A stretch of 64,000 nucleotides of DNA from Candidatus Marinacidobacterales bacterium (GCA_965219415.1 CBDCNP010000002.1:3488001-3552000); one strand, 5' to 3'. Counted from the first letter of the stretch, positions 32,906-43,836 are shown. Notes: generated from the sequence alone by a model not told the origin. Numbers and translations are program-made.

Positions 32906-33160
32906 CTAACCAACCGACCCGGCACCCGATTTAGGAGACCGCTTCCTTTTTTCGGCCTTGCGGATTCGAGAGACCGCTACCTGCACGGCGTTGGACGTCG
33001 TGCCCAACAGCTCGGCGATAAGCTTCGGCTTTAGCCCGACGGAGTGGAGCAGAGAAATTTTCTCGCGTTGCGTTTTGTCGCCGCACAACCCGTTGGCTAC
33101 CAATCGAATAAGGACGTCCAACTTCGCGTTGGTCTCGGCCGCAAGATCGCTCATCGTCAT
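32906..33160 (-). CDS. Small basic HTH protein
   Basis: KLDVLIRL...GLKPKLIAELLGTTSNAVQVAVSRIRK. Confidence 0.75.
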   Translation of the reverse strand: MTMSDLAAETNAKLDVLIRLVANGLCGDKTQREKISLLHSVGLKPKLIAELLGTTSNAVQVAVSRIRKAEKRKRSPKSGAGSVG

Positions 33161-33376
33161 CTACCTTTCTTCTTGGGACGACGTTTTCTCGTGGTAACCG
33201 CCGTCACGTACTCCGTCTCTTTTTCAATCACTCGGTCGACTTCGGCCCGTGAAAACCCCATCTCAAAGAGTCTCTCTATTTTTTCGTCACGGTGTTGGCC
33301 CTTCACAATCCAGCATCAACAGGATGATTGCGTCCAGGCGGCGAGTAATGCCGTTCCATTTCGCATTCTCACTCAT
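33157..33376 (-). pseudogene. Small basic HTH-like gene with one frameshift
   Basis: MSENAKWNGITRRLDAIILLMLD, then shifted frame EKIERLFEMGFSRAEVDRVIEKETEYVTAVTTRKRRPKKKGR*; stop overlaps the next ATG. Confidence 0.6.
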
Positions 33377-33728
33377 GCTCGACCTCGCATTGTCTAGATA
33401 ATTCTCGTACGGATTTAAATGCTAGTCAAATCAACAATTATGGATTTGCCATTACACTACAGAGATGAGGCCCTTTCAGAGGTCGGAGGAAGGTATTGTC
33501 AAGTTTTCCACGGCCTGACGGCCACCCCGAATGAATGAAACGCGGTAGTCTCTGGAGGTGGCACCGGCTCAACACGACGCCTGAGGGAGCTCGGTTTTGA
33601 CGTCACTGCCCCAAAACGCTACACCCTGAGTTTCTTATTAGTTGAGGTGGTGACTGACAGAATGGTCCAATGAAGACCGATGCGCCAAGCTACCACGGCT
33701 ATCGATTTCCACCGGAAATCATCAGCCA

Positions 33729-33893
33729 GGTGCTTCCGCCATTAAGTGTTGGTGAGATGACGCTAAGACCCTACGGTGCATTAAATTACAGCCAAAATAG
33801 CGCTCACGACCTTCGCTGCACGCTAAATGGGGCGTAAGTCTTTTTTTTCAAATGGATGCGTACACATCACCAACAGTAAACAGCGCAAGCACC
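33729..33893 (+). mobile_element. IS1-derived MITE type 1
   Basis: Same ends and interior as 8240-8405. Confidence 0.85.
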
Positions 33894-34294
33894 CGGTCGC
33901 CCAGCCGAGCACCAGTCCTGCGGCGCCACCGACCAGAGGAAACAGCCGTGAGGTCAAAATACTCATGCGGCTTCCCGATGGTAGAAACGGAGCAACCCGC
34001 CAAGCCGTTCACGCGAGCGCACCTTGCGCTCGGACTGAGGTAACTGGTCACTGGCTGGGAACAGCAGCAGATTCTCCTTGCCTTTATGATTCCTCTCGGG
34101 TTGACCCAGCCAGCCAGAACGAGCAGTAGGAACTGCACGTAGTACGTCATCATAGATCTGACGACAACACCATCGAGACAGACGATTGTAAAGCCTACAG
34201 CCCTTTCGACTTTCTCATTGATTCGAGACAGGTCCGCCGCAGACACGACGATCTCGTGCGGCACGTCCGCCACTTTCGCCCTCACGACCGAGCC

Positions 34295-34545
34295 CGTCCT
34301 GTGCCAAAACTCGGCCCTTTTAAAATAGGCCATAAATCAGCAACTTAGTGTCTGTGTTTGCGACCGGGCCAAGGGCCGTGGGCTTTACAATCGTCTTGGG
34401 CGGGCGGGTCGTCACCATGCAGATGACCACCTAGTCGAGAGCGAATATCGAAGCGCGAACAAACGACGAAATCATGTAGGCATGGTCCCGGCAGACCGGA
34501 GACCGATCAAGTTCGGGGCGCGCGGATGAAGAAATAGAAGGCACA
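34295..34545 (+). mobile_element. CGTCC-MITE, complete ~250-bp form
   Basis: CGTCCTGTGCC...GAAATAGAAGGCACA. Confidence 0.8.
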
Positions 34546-34593
34546 GGGATCTCAACCTGACTCGAATGCCCCCCCATGTGTTGCTCGTGACTT

Positions 34594-34661
34594 TTCCCTG
34601 TTCTTCCAGAGCAATTCCCTGTTCAGTGATCTTAAATTCCCTGTTCTTTGGGAACAGGGAA
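34594..34661. repeat. TTCCCTGTTC x3 direct plus x1 inverted
   Basis: Copies at 34594, 34615, 34637; inverted copy at 34652. Confidence 0.8.
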
Positions 34662-34674
34662 TGTCCACCTAACC

Positions 34675-34860
34675 CGTCCTGTGCCAAAACTCGGCCCTTT
34701 TGAAATAGGCCATAAATCAGCAACTTAGTGTCTGTGTTTGCGACCGGGCCAAGGGCCGTGAGCTTTACAATCGTCTTGGGCGGGCGGGTCGTCACCATGC
34801 AGATGACCACCTAGTCGAGAGCGAATATCGAAGCGTGTGCCTGAAGCTGTTTCCACGCTA
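34675..34860 (+). mobile_element. CGTCC-MITE left part
   Basis: First ~160 bp near-identical to 34295-34455. Confidence 0.8.
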
Positions 34861-34904
34861 CGCCGGCAGAGCGCACCGAGGGACTACCGTCGCCAGCAAA
34901 CCAT

Positions 34905-35235
34905 CTACGCGGCACGGCAGTAGTAGTTGAGAATGCCTCCAAGTCGCTCTCGCGACACGATGGGGCCAGTGTCATTCGCGCTTGCCGGCAGAGGTGTGAG
35001 GAACTCGTTGCCGAGACCTTGGTGGTTCCGTTCTGTGTGATAGTGCACTACGTATTCGGTTATCGCTGTCCGCAGGTGTCGCTCGCTGAGAGGTACGAGG
35101 CGGTCGAGACACTCTCGACGTATGGAGAGAACGAATCTTTCCGCGTATGCGTTCAGATTCGGACTATTGGCGGGAAGGCGGAGGGACTTCACGCCTGAAT
35201 CTCTCAACAGCCCACGTACTGCCTCGGTGAATAGC
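34905..35235 (-). pseudogene. rve transposase C-terminal fragment (another element)
   Basis: [30 protein letters not shown]. Confidence 0.8.
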
Positions 35236-35396
35236 TGTCCATCATCATTATTTATCCGGGACTGGACTCTAGGCTCGGACCGCCCTCAAGCACATGCTGG
35301 AGAGCGTGGTCAGCGCGCGAGGGAAGGTGCTGAGGACGAACTTCTCGGCGACCAGCCGAGTAACGCGAGCGAAGCCGTACAGCAGCCGGAGCGAAG

Positions 35397-36796
35397 GGTG
35401 ATGTCTTAAGATTCCTGTCAAAGAAAAACGATGTATGGTTCCCCAAGCTCAAACCCGTCCCCGTCATGGGGACAGAAAAGGAGAACCATACATCATGGGA
35501 AAGGTACTACCGAGTCAGCGATTGCTCAAGCAGTTCGAGGAACAACTGGTATTTGGGGAGATGAATCTCTCGGAGATCGTCCGGTCGGGAGCTCAGATGA
35601 TGCTTCAATATGCGTTGGAGCGCGAGGTGACGGAGGCGTTGGGTCGAAACTACTATGAGAACGCTCCGGCAACGACGAAGGAGAAGGGACGACGCAACGG
35701 GTATGAGTCGCATCGGGTCCTCACGGGCGAGGGAGCGGTGACGGTGCAAGTGCCGCGGGTACGAGAAACAGAGAAGGTGTTTCAGTCAAAGATTCTCGAC
35801 GCCTACGTGAGCCGGACCGAGAAACTCGATGAACTGATCGCGCGGATGTACGTCCACGGGATGTCGACGCGTGACATTGAGGCGACGTTCGCGGACGTGC
35901 TGAGCGGCACGGGTGTCTCGAAGTCGGTGGTGAGCCGGGTCACACGGTGTCTGTCGGAGGATTTCGAGGCGTTTCGAAAACGGGATCTCTCGAACGAGAA
36001 GCTGTTGTATCTCGAGCTCGACGGCACGTACCTGCGCTACCACCAAGGAGCGGAGAGGAAAGAGCCCATCCTCGTTGCGACCGGCTATCGCGCTGATGGG
36101 ACGCGAGTTCTTCTTCATATCGGTGTCGGCAACCGAGAATCCTACGAGAACTGGAAGGGGTTCTTGCAGGAGATAGTGGCCCGAGGAATGAGGGAGCCGT
36201 TGCTCATCGTGACGGACGGGAATCCTGGAGTGCTCAAAGCGATCGCAGAGGTCTTCCCTCGAAGCCTCAAGCAACGTTGCCAGAAGCACCGCCTCGAGAA
36301 CATCCTGGGCAAGGCTCCGAAGGAAGTGCGCGACGAACTCAAGGCGGCCATCCTTGAGTCGTTCCATGCGAACAGCTACGAGCAAGGGCTGAAGAAGGGT
36401 CGGGAGGTGATCGCTCGGTACCGTCAACGATTCCCGAGCGCGATGAAGTGCATGGAAGAGACCCTCGAAGCATGTCTTCAGGCGCTACGCCTTCCTGCGG
36501 CGCATCACAAAAGGCTTCGCACGTCGAATCTACTTGAGCGCACGTTCGGAGAGCACAAACGTCGCACAAAGGTCATTCCTCACTTCTTCACCGAGGAGGC
36601 CGCGATGAAACTCTCGTTCGCTGTGCTCTTGGCCGCCGCAAACAAATGGCGCGGCGTGAGGATGGATGTCTTCGCCGCTAGGAAAGTCGAGGAGCTTCGC
36701 AACGAGCTTCTCCCGCAAGGCACGTCGGAGGAATCAGCAGCTTAACCGAGCGCGGGGAACCGTACGGAGATTTGACAGGAAAATTAAGACTTGACC
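35397..36796 (+). mobile_element. IS256-family element, copy 2 (intact)
   Basis: Same IRs as copy 1; 8-bp TSD GAGCGAAG. Confidence 0.95.
35495..36745 (+). CDS. IS256-family transposase
   Basis: RRNGY, LELDGTY, LIVTDG, QRCQKH, RTSNLLER. Confidence 0.93.
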   Translation: MGKVLPSQRLLKQFEEQLVFGEMNLSEIVRSGAQMMLQYALEREVTEALGRNYYENAPATTKEKGRRNGYESHRVLTGEGAVTVQVPRVRETEKVFQSKILDAYVSRTEKLDELIARMYVHGMSTRDIEATFADVLSGTGVSKSVVSRVTRCLSEDFEAFRKRDLSNEKLLYLELDGTYLRYHQGAERKEPILVATGYRADGTRVLLHIGVGNRESYENWKGFLQEIVARGMREPLLIVTDGNPGVLKAIAEVFPRSLKQRCQKHRLENILGKAPKEVRDELKAAILESFHANSYEQGLKKGREVIARYRQRFPSAMKCMEETLEACLQALRLPAAHHKRLRTSNLLERTFGEHKRRTKVIPHFFTEEAAMKLSFAVLLAAANKWRGVRMDVFAARKVEELRNELLPQGTSEESAA

Positions 36797-37077
36797 GAGC
36801 GAAGCGGTGGGCACGGTGAACAGATCCATGGCGGCGATATCGTCTTTATGGTTGCGCAAGAAAGCCATCCATCGCTTCAGCTGATCGGGCTCCGCGGGAT
36901 GCCGCGGCAGGTATCGCGACACCGTAATCTCGGAGATGATGAAACCGAGCTTGGTGAGTTCAGCATGGATGCGTGGCGCCCCCCAGCCGTCTTGCGCCAT
37001 CGTGCGGACGAGGCGGCGAATCTCGGCATCAATCCGAGGCCGACCGGGATGGCAGCGCTGCGACATCTTTGCCCAGT

Positions 37078-38362
37078 TGTCCATCATCATTATTCGTCCG
37101 GGACTGGACTCTAGGCCCGGACCGCCCTTGAGCACATGCTGGAGAGCGTGGTCAGCGCGCGAGGGAAAGTGCTGAGGACGAACTTCTCGGCGACCAGCCG
37201 AGTAACGCGAGCGACCAAGCTGACTCAGGCTGCCTCTCGCCACTCGTATCGATGGTGCAATCCACCGACTCGCGGCAGTGCGACGACTTTCGCCGTAGGA
37301 GACGGTCGGTGCGTGACCGCTCTCAAGCTCGGTGTGTCCTTGTTCAGCCCCAAGTGGCAACGGTCCTCGTGATAGTAGCTGATGTAAGCTCGCACGAGCC
37401 GGATGAGATGACATGCGCCGAGAACCACGACGTGCTCAAGGAGCTCGCGACGGCAGCTGCCGACCCACCGCTCCGCGGTTCCGTTTTGCCATGGGCTGCG
37501 AAACGAAGTGCGAACGGGTTTTGTGCCCGTTGCTTTGATGAACTCGATGACCGCAGCGCTAAAGATGAAGTCGCGATCGAAGATGAGATATTTCGGAGCG
37601 GTGTCGTAGGGAAACGCCTCACGCAGTTGCTGAATAACCCAAGCAGACGTCGGGTGGAACGTGGCGTTGAAGTGAACGATGTGCCGACGGCCGTGCTCGA
37701 TGACGAAGAAGCCGTACAGCAGCCGGAGCGAAGCGGTGGGCACGGTGAACAGATCCATAGCGGCGATATCGTCTTTATGGTTGCGCAGGAAAGCCATCCA
37801 TCGCTTCAGCTGGTCGGGCTCCGCGGGACGCCGCGGCAGGTATCGCGACACCGTAATCTCGGAGATGATGAAACCGAGCTTGGTGAGCTCAGCATGGATG
37901 CGTGGCGCCCCCCAGCCGTCTTGCGCCATCGTGCGGACGAGGCGACGAATCTCGGCATCAATCCGAGGTCGACCGGGATGGCGGCGCTGCGAGATCTTTG
38001 CCCAGTACCGTCGGAATCGGTCGCGATGCCAACGGGCCACGGTGTCCGCGTGGACGATGAGCAGGCGGCTCGTCCACACGGGCCACGAACCTCGAAGGGC
38101 AACCCAGAAAGCCCGTTCCGTGTCGTCGAGCGGTGGGCGTGGGCGCTCTTTCTTCAGCGCCGTCACTTGCTGCCGCAAAGCGACGTTCTCCAACACCAGG
38201 TCGGCGCGGCGCCGACACATCGCCCGAATGACACGGACGCCAAGTGAGACGAAGAAGACAACAACGTTGAGCATAGCGGCGGAGTTTCGCCGTCTTCGGC
38301 CCGGAATTCAAGCGGAGCGTAAGTCCTTGATTTCGTGGGCGGAGCAGTATTGACGATGCACA
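37078..38362 (-). mobile_element. Element A, full copy
   Basis: Both ends present; no TSD. Confidence 0.9.
37225..38274 (-). CDS. rve DDE transposase (349 aa)
   Basis: Near-identical to 18717-19766. Confidence 0.9.
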   Translation of the reverse strand: MLNVVVFFVSLGVRVIRAMCRRRADLVLENVALRQQVTALKKERPRPPLDDTERAFWVALRGSWPVWTSRLLIVHADTVARWHRDRFRRYWAKISQRRHPGRPRIDAEIRRLVRTMAQDGWGAPRIHAELTKLGFIISEITVSRYLPRRPAEPDQLKRWMAFLRNHKDDIAAMDLFTVPTASLRLLYGFFVIEHGRRHIVHFNATFHPTSAWVIQQLREAFPYDTAPKYLIFDRDFIFSAAVIEFIKATGTKPVRTSFRSPWQNGTAERWVGSCRRELLEHVVVLGACHLIRLVRAYISYYHEDRCHLGLNKDTPSLRAVTHRPSPTAKVVALPRVGGLHHRYEWREAA

Positions 38363-38715
38363 GCCGAATTTTGGCACAGGATGGGATCGAGGCGAGGGTT
38401 GCCGGGAGGCCGACCACGCCAGATCCGTAGCTAGACGACGGCCGCGTCGATGCTGACAGGGCCGGGACTGCCGATCAGGATGAGCTTCGAGAGACATTCC
38501 TCTTTGACGGACTTCACCCAGCGCTCCGCGAACGAGGTCCAATCCGGGCTCCGTGCTGGCAGCTTGACGGGCACGACGCTAACTGCTTGTGCCTTCTATT
38601 TATTCATCCGCGCGCAGCATCTTGCTGACATAGTGGCGGGATCTAGCGGGTAACGCGCTGCCTCTCTCGTGTCCAACTTCCCTGCTTCCCGAAAAAATTT
38701 AGGAGAAATGATCTC

Positions 38716-40230
38716 GTGGGTCACTCAAATGAGAATACGCAATTTTGGCTCGCGTTGCTGACTTACCCGGGCGACGCCCAACAAAGAACACGATACTGGA
38801 ACGGTTACCTTGCGTGGAAATTGCCGAGTGACTTCCGGTACAAAGTCCGTAACGTTGGTAATCCTCCTTTCAATCGGTTCTTTCCGGCCGCACCTTTGCA
38901 GTTAGCGGAAGACGAGAAGTCCGCACTCGATGCACTTGCCAATAAGTTCGGCGGACATCCTCCATTTCCGAACAGGTCCAACGGAGTACCGGCCCGATAC
39001 ATGGATTTCTCCGACCACACGTTCGACGACGACGTATGTTTTGCTGGCCGGATTTTGATCAAAGCTAGCTTTAAGGACGCCACGTTCGACTGTCTCTCCA
39101 ACTTCCGCAATGTAACATTTGTAGATACAGCAGACTTTGAGCGAGCAACGTTTAGGCATTGCACTCGTTTCGATAGCGTCACATTCGAAAAGTCCGTCTA
39201 TTTCAATGCTGCGACATTCAAGGAAACCACCGTGTTCGACGGATCCGTATTCAGGGATGCAGCGTATTTTGCTGGATCGTATTTCCTACCCATCCCCGGC
39301 ATACAAAGACACCGGGCCGGTGCGGTGGGTTTTCGGAATACTGTTTTCACACGCGATGCAAGTTTTGAGGGAACCCAATTTGACGTGCCAAGCAATTTCG
39401 AAGGTGCAAAATTCCAAGGAAATGCCAACTTCAAGACTTGTCTATTCCGAAAGAGCGCAGATTTTCAGAGAGCAGTATTCGAACGTCCTTCCGACTTCTC
39501 TGCCGCACGGTTCGAGCAGATTGCAAATTTCAATAACGCTAGGTTCAAAACTACTACATATTTCTGCGATTCATTATTTCTGCAGCCACCAAAATTTTTC
39601 GAGACTAATCTCCATGAAGATACAGATTTTAGCGGCGTAGACTGGCGCAAGGCGGAATCATGTTATGCAGTGTCATGGTGGTCGAAGAATATTTTTCGCC
39701 GCACTAAAGAAGGAACTATATCGGATGTCGTCGATGCTAGCAAAGCGATGCAAGCCTGGGATCGATTGGCACTAATCATGAGCAAGGTCGAAAAACCGCC
39801 AGAAAAACATGATTTCTACAGACTTCGAATGCGCGCGCAGAGAAAACGGGATGGGTGGAGTGTTTTGTCTCTAGCCAACTGGTTGTTTGATGTTTCGTGC
39901 GACTACGGTTGGAACATGCGAGGCGCATTGATTGGGTGGGCAGGGCACTACATCATTATTGGGCTATTACTTTTTAGTCAGGCTGGCCCCGGGTACGAAA
40001 CGTGCGGAGCGGTGTTGTGGGATTGTCTACTAATCAGTTTTTCGAACGCCCACGCGTTTTTCGGCCTAACCTCGGCCGGCGGATATTTGTACAATTCGCG
40101 GGAGTGCGTAGTCGCTGCGCTTCACAATAGTGCCCTTCTGAATACATGGGGTGCAATTCAGACTATCACGGGCCCCATTTTCCTTTTTCTGCTCTTGTTG
40201 ACCATACGTAATCGTTTTCGTCTGCGTTAA
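38716..40230 (+). CDS. Pentapeptide-repeat protein with C-terminal membrane domain
   Basis: Repeating AxFxxAxF pattern; DYGWN followed by hydrophobic helices; AT-richer than its surroundings. Confidence 0.8.
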   Translation: MGHSNENTQFWLALLTYPGDAQQRTRYWNGYLAWKLPSDFRYKVRNVGNPPFNRFFPAAPLQLAEDEKSALDALANKFGGHPPFPNRSNGVPARYMDFSDHTFDDDVCFAGRILIKASFKDATFDCLSNFRNVTFVDTADFERATFRHCTRFDSVTFEKSVYFNAATFKETTVFDGSVFRDAAYFAGSYFLPIPGIQRHRAGAVGFRNTVFTRDASFEGTQFDVPSNFEGAKFQGNANFKTCLFRKSADFQRAVFERPSDFSAARFEQIANFNNARFKTTTYFCDSLFLQPPKFFETNLHEDTDFSGVDWRKAESCYAVSWWSKNIFRRTKEGTISDVVDASKAMQAWDRLALIMSKVEKPPEKHDFYRLRMRAQRKRDGWSVLSLANWLFDVSCDYGWNMRGALIGWAGHYIIIGLLLFSQAGPGYETCGAVLWDCLLISFSNAHAFFGLTSAGGYLYNSRECVVAALHNSALLNTWGAIQTITGPIFLFLLLLTIRNRFRLR

Positions 40231-40416
40231 CTAGCTTGTCTAGATCTATTAATGGTGCTTGCGCTATTTGCTGTTGGTGATGTGTACGCATTCCCTTTGC
40301 AGATACCGGTGGGCTCGTCGGGTCGACCGGCATGAAGCAGCCGCGTCGTGTGCGAAAATTCGAACTGAGCCGAAAGCCCACATTCTGGAGGCGTTCTTTG
40401 AAATCCGCGGGGACCC

Positions 40417-40596
40417 CGTCCTGTGCCAAAACTCGGCCCTTTTGAAATAGACTATAAATCAGCAGCTTAGTATCTGTGTTTGCGACCGGACCAAGGAGGG
40501 TAGCTCTGCTCAATGGTTGTTGCAGGTCCCACCGTCCACGCCGCGTCAACTGCTCGCTTGTAACGTTACCAGTGGATCAAGTTTTGGCACAGGACG
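40417..40596. mobile_element. Segment bounded by two inverted CGTCC-MITE left ends
   Basis: CGTCCTGTGCC at 40417; GTTTTGGCACAGGACG ending 40596. Confidence 0.7.
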
Positions 40597-40799
40597 GGGT
40601 ATAGCCGCGCTCCATCTTTGGATCCAGCCGCAGCCCGTTACGGGTGAGGAGTAGGGTTGGAGTCGTTCGACCCAAGAGGCTGAGAAATTTGTAAGTCACT
40701 AGCCAGTGTGGTAGCGATCATCAGACGGGCCCGAGCTAGCTCCCTGGGGTAATAGTCCTTGTGCGGCTCCATACTTAGAAGGTGATACCACTCGTGGGG

Positions 40800-40919
40800 G
40801 GTGCGGAGACAGGAGCAGGGATGGACCTCGGTGAACGCGTCAAGGTGACTGGAATGAATGGGCTCGTCCTCCGAGTGAAGCCCTTTTCGGGGGACTCGAC
40901 GGAATCAGAAAAGGAGTGA
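40800..40919 (+). pseudogene. NfeD C-terminal remnant
   Basis: GERVKVTGMNGLVLRVKP immediately upstream of an SPFH gene, the usual nfeD-slipin order. Confidence 0.5.
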
Positions 40920-40922
40920 GCG

Positions 40923-41693
40923 ATGTTTGGGCTACCGTTGGGTTGGTTTATTGGTCTTATTCTTCTCGCAATCTTTTTCCTCAATTGGATCAAGGTTCTC
41001 AACGAGTACGAGCGAGGAGTCATCTTTCGCTTCGGGAAGCTCCTGCCCTATCCCAAGGGGCCGGGACTCATCTTCGTCTTCAGCCCGATCGATCGCATGG
41101 TGAAGATGAGTCTCCGACTGGTGGCTCTCGACGTGCCGCCCCAGGATGTGATCACTCGCGACAACGTTTCGGTGAAGGTAAACGCGGTGGTTTTCTTCCG
41201 TGTCGTTCATCCGATCAAGGCGGTGGTCGAGGTGGAGAACTTTCTCCATGCAACTTCTCAGCTTGCGCAAACGACGCTCCGCAGCGTCCTCGGTCAAGTG
41301 GAGCTCGATGATCTTCTATCCGAACGTGAGCGGCTCAACATGCAGCTCCAGGATCTCCTGGACAAACACACCGACCCGTGGGGCATCAAAGTCACCTCCG
41401 TCGAGGTCAAGCACGTCGACCTACCGGCCGAAATGACGCGTGCGCTGGCCAAGCAGGCGGAGGCGGAACGGGAGAAGCGAGCCAAGATCATCCACGCCGA
41501 CGGTGAGTTCGAAGCCTCGGATAAGTTGGCGGCGGCGGCGAAGGTCGTCGGCCAACACCCGATGGGGATCCAGCTACGCTATCTACAGATTCTTACCGAG
41601 ATCGCAACCGAAAAGAACTCGACGCTCGTATTCCCACTTCCGATCGAGCTGATGCAGGAGTTCTTGAATCCGGTCAAGGGCGGCTCTTCGTAA
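40923..41693 (+). CDS. SPFH/stomatin-like (slipin) protein
   Basis: [43 protein letters not shown]. Confidence 0.93.
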   Translation: MFGLPLGWFIGLILLAIFFLNWIKVLNEYERGVIFRFGKLLPYPKGPGLIFVFSPIDRMVKMSLRLVALDVPPQDVITRDNVSVKVNAVVFFRVVHPIKAVVEVENFLHATSQLAQTTLRSVLGQVELDDLLSERERLNMQLQDLLDKHTDPWGIKVTSVEVKHVDLPAEMTRALAKQAEAEREKRAKIIHADGEFEASDKLAAAAKVVGQHPMGIQLRYLQILTEIATEKNSTLVFPLPIELMQEFLNPVKGGSS

Positions 41694-42244
41694 GAGGGAC
41701 TTGGACACGACGGGGTCAACCGCCAGGGTGCCAACACTTGATTGCAGGAGCACCCGAACAGGGCGAATCCGACGAGCATCCACAGTTGGTTGGCGTGAGG
41801 CCGTCGCCCCTCGCTGCCTCCTGCACTCAGGTGCCCCAGCCCTTTCTTCGGCAGGCGCCCGACGTGCTCTCCATGCGACCACAGACATCGCGTGGACTCT
41901 TTACAATCTGCCTATCATATAATGTAGACCATCCATGGCAGCCAGTGAGACTGCGAGACAACGAACCATAGGTCTACGGCCTGAAGACCACTACCTAGCC
42001 CGAATCAAGCGTCTCCGAGCCCGCCTTGGCCTTACGCAGGCCGCCCTTGGCCGAGACGGTTAGTGATGGGTCCCACTGAGCGAATCACAAAGCGAGCAGA
42101 CGGCGGCTGGAAATAACTGATGCTCTACCTCGACTCCGCGGTCTACCTGGACGTGCGGACAGAAGCCCGGGGCGCGGGGTGTCCCCACCAAGATTGCCGG
42201 CGTGGCCTCTCTCTGAAAGAGGCTCGGCAGATGAGGCGTGCTAA

Positions 42245-43012
42245 GTGAGCGAAAAGTCCGCAATCGAATGGACCGACTCAACGTGGAATCCAGTGACGGG
42301 CTGCACGAAGATCAGTCCCGGCTGCAAGCACTGCTACGCTGAGACCTTTGCCGAACGCTGGCGCGGGATTCCGGGCCATCCCTACAAGCAGGGATTCGAC
42401 CTGCGGCTGTGGCCAGATCGCATAGACATGCCTCTCATGTGGAAGAGGCCTCGCACGATCTTCGTGAACAGCATGAGCGACCTCTTCCACGAAAAGGTGC
42501 CTCTCCCGTTTATTCAGAGGGTGTTCGAAACGATGGAGAAGGCCTCCTGGCACACGTTTCAGATCCTAACAAAGCGCTCGAAAAGGCTGGCAGATCTCGC
42601 TCCCGATCTGAACTGGCCTCCCAACGTATGGATGGGCGTGTCGATTGAGACAGCCAAGTACCTGTGGCGAGCAGATCATCTTCGCCAGGTTGCGGCTACC
42701 GTGAAATTCCTGTCCTTGGAGCCTCTCTTGGGTCCGCTGGATACCATCGACCTATCCGGCATCCACTGGGTTATCGTAGGTGGAGAGAGCGGCCCTGGTG
42801 CTCGACCTATTGAAGCCATGTGGGTGAGGAAGATTCGGAAGCAATGCTGCGCAAACGGAGTGCCGTTCTTTTTCAAGCAGTGGGGCGGCGTGCGGAAGAA
42901 GCAAAATGGTCGGGTCCTAGGCGGGCGGACCTGGGATGAAATGCCGGCCCCACGCGAGACTCTTCCCGATAGCAGAAGGCCCTCTGTGTCTTTGGGCGGA
43001 GCTAAAAGGTAA
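42245..43012 (+). CDS. DUF5131 (phage Gp37/Gp68-like) protein
   Basis: IEWTDSTWNPVTGCTKISPGCKHCYA, FVNSMSDLFH, WVIVGGESG, FFFKQWGG. Confidence 0.92.
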   Translation: MSEKSAIEWTDSTWNPVTGCTKISPGCKHCYAETFAERWRGIPGHPYKQGFDLRLWPDRIDMPLMWKRPRTIFVNSMSDLFHEKVPLPFIQRVFETMEKASWHTFQILTKRSKRLADLAPDLNWPPNVWMGVSIETAKYLWRADHLRQVAATVKFLSLEPLLGPLDTIDLSGIHWVIVGGESGPGARPIEAMWVRKIRKQCCANGVPFFFKQWGGVRKKQNGRVLGGRTWDEMPAPRETLPDSRRPSVSLGGAKR

Positions 43013-43836
43013 TGGACAGGGATGACACGATCGGCGGTTGGTCTGTAGACAAGCTCAACCTCCTCCGAAAGTACCTCGAAGCCTATGTGACAGTTCTCAG
43101 GAACCAGAGCTGGTGCAAGGGCTACGAGTACATTGACGGCTTCGCTGGAACTGGAAAACCACAAACTCGGGATGAGCAGCAATACATCAACGGCTCCCCG
43201 CGCGTGGCCCTGGAGCTTCCTAATCCATTCACGAAATATCACTTCATCGAGAGTTCGAATTGGAGAATCAAGAAGCTGGAAAAGCTGCGGAAGGAGTTTC
43301 CGAGTCAACAGGTCGAGATCTACCCTGGTGACTGCAACGACGTGCTGCGGAGAAAGATTGTGCCTGACTTTCCGATGAAGAGTTTTAAGCGGGCACTCGC
43401 CTTCCTTGATCCTTTTGGAATGGAGCTAGAGTGGAGCACCCTCGAGGAAGTTGCCCGGGTTGAGACTATCGAGGTGTTCCTCAATTTCTCGGTCATGGCC
43501 ATCAACCGGAACGTGCGGCTGCGCCGGAAGGAGGACATCTCGCCCGCGGTGCGTGAGCAGATGGATCGCTTCTGGGGCACGGAATGGGAAGCAGAACTTT
43601 ACGAGGAAAAGCAGACGCTGTTTGGACCAGAGACCGTTAGAATAAAGCAGTCGGGCAAAGAGCTGGGAGAGCGATTCCAGAATCGTCTCCAGGAGATCTT
43701 TCCACACAGCACCGTGCCGGTGCTGATGACGAATAGCAAGAACGCCCCGCTGTACTGCCTCATTTTCGCTGGTCATAATCCGACGGGGGTGAAGATCGCC
43801 AACGACATCTTCGGCAAGTTCCTCAAGATGGGTTAG
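43012..43836 (+). CDS. tcmP: Three-Cys-motif partner protein (TcmP-like methyltransferase fold)
   Basis: WSVDKLNLLRKY, YIDGFAGTG, AFLDPFG, PLYCLIFA; coupled to DUF5131 by TAATG. Confidence 0.85.
   Translation: MDRDDTIGGWSVDKLNLLRKYLEAYVTVLRNQSWCKGYEYIDGFAGTGKPQTRDEQQYINGSPRVALELPNPFTKYHFIESSNWRIKKLEKLRKEFPSQQVEIYPGDCNDVLRRKIVPDFPMKSFKRALAFLDPFGMELEWSTLEEVARVETIEVFLNFSVMAINRNVRLRRKEDISPAVREQMDRFWGTEWEAELYEEKQTLFGPETVRIKQSGKELGERFQNRLQEIFPHSTVPVLMTNSKNAPLYCLIFAGHNPTGVKIANDIFGKFLKMG

Larger units (their letters stand above)
35236..37077 (-). mobile_element. Internally deleted element A derivative interrupted by IS256 and by another element A copy
   Basis: Right end at 35236; transposase pieces at 35371-35396 and 36797-37077. 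Confidence 0.75.
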
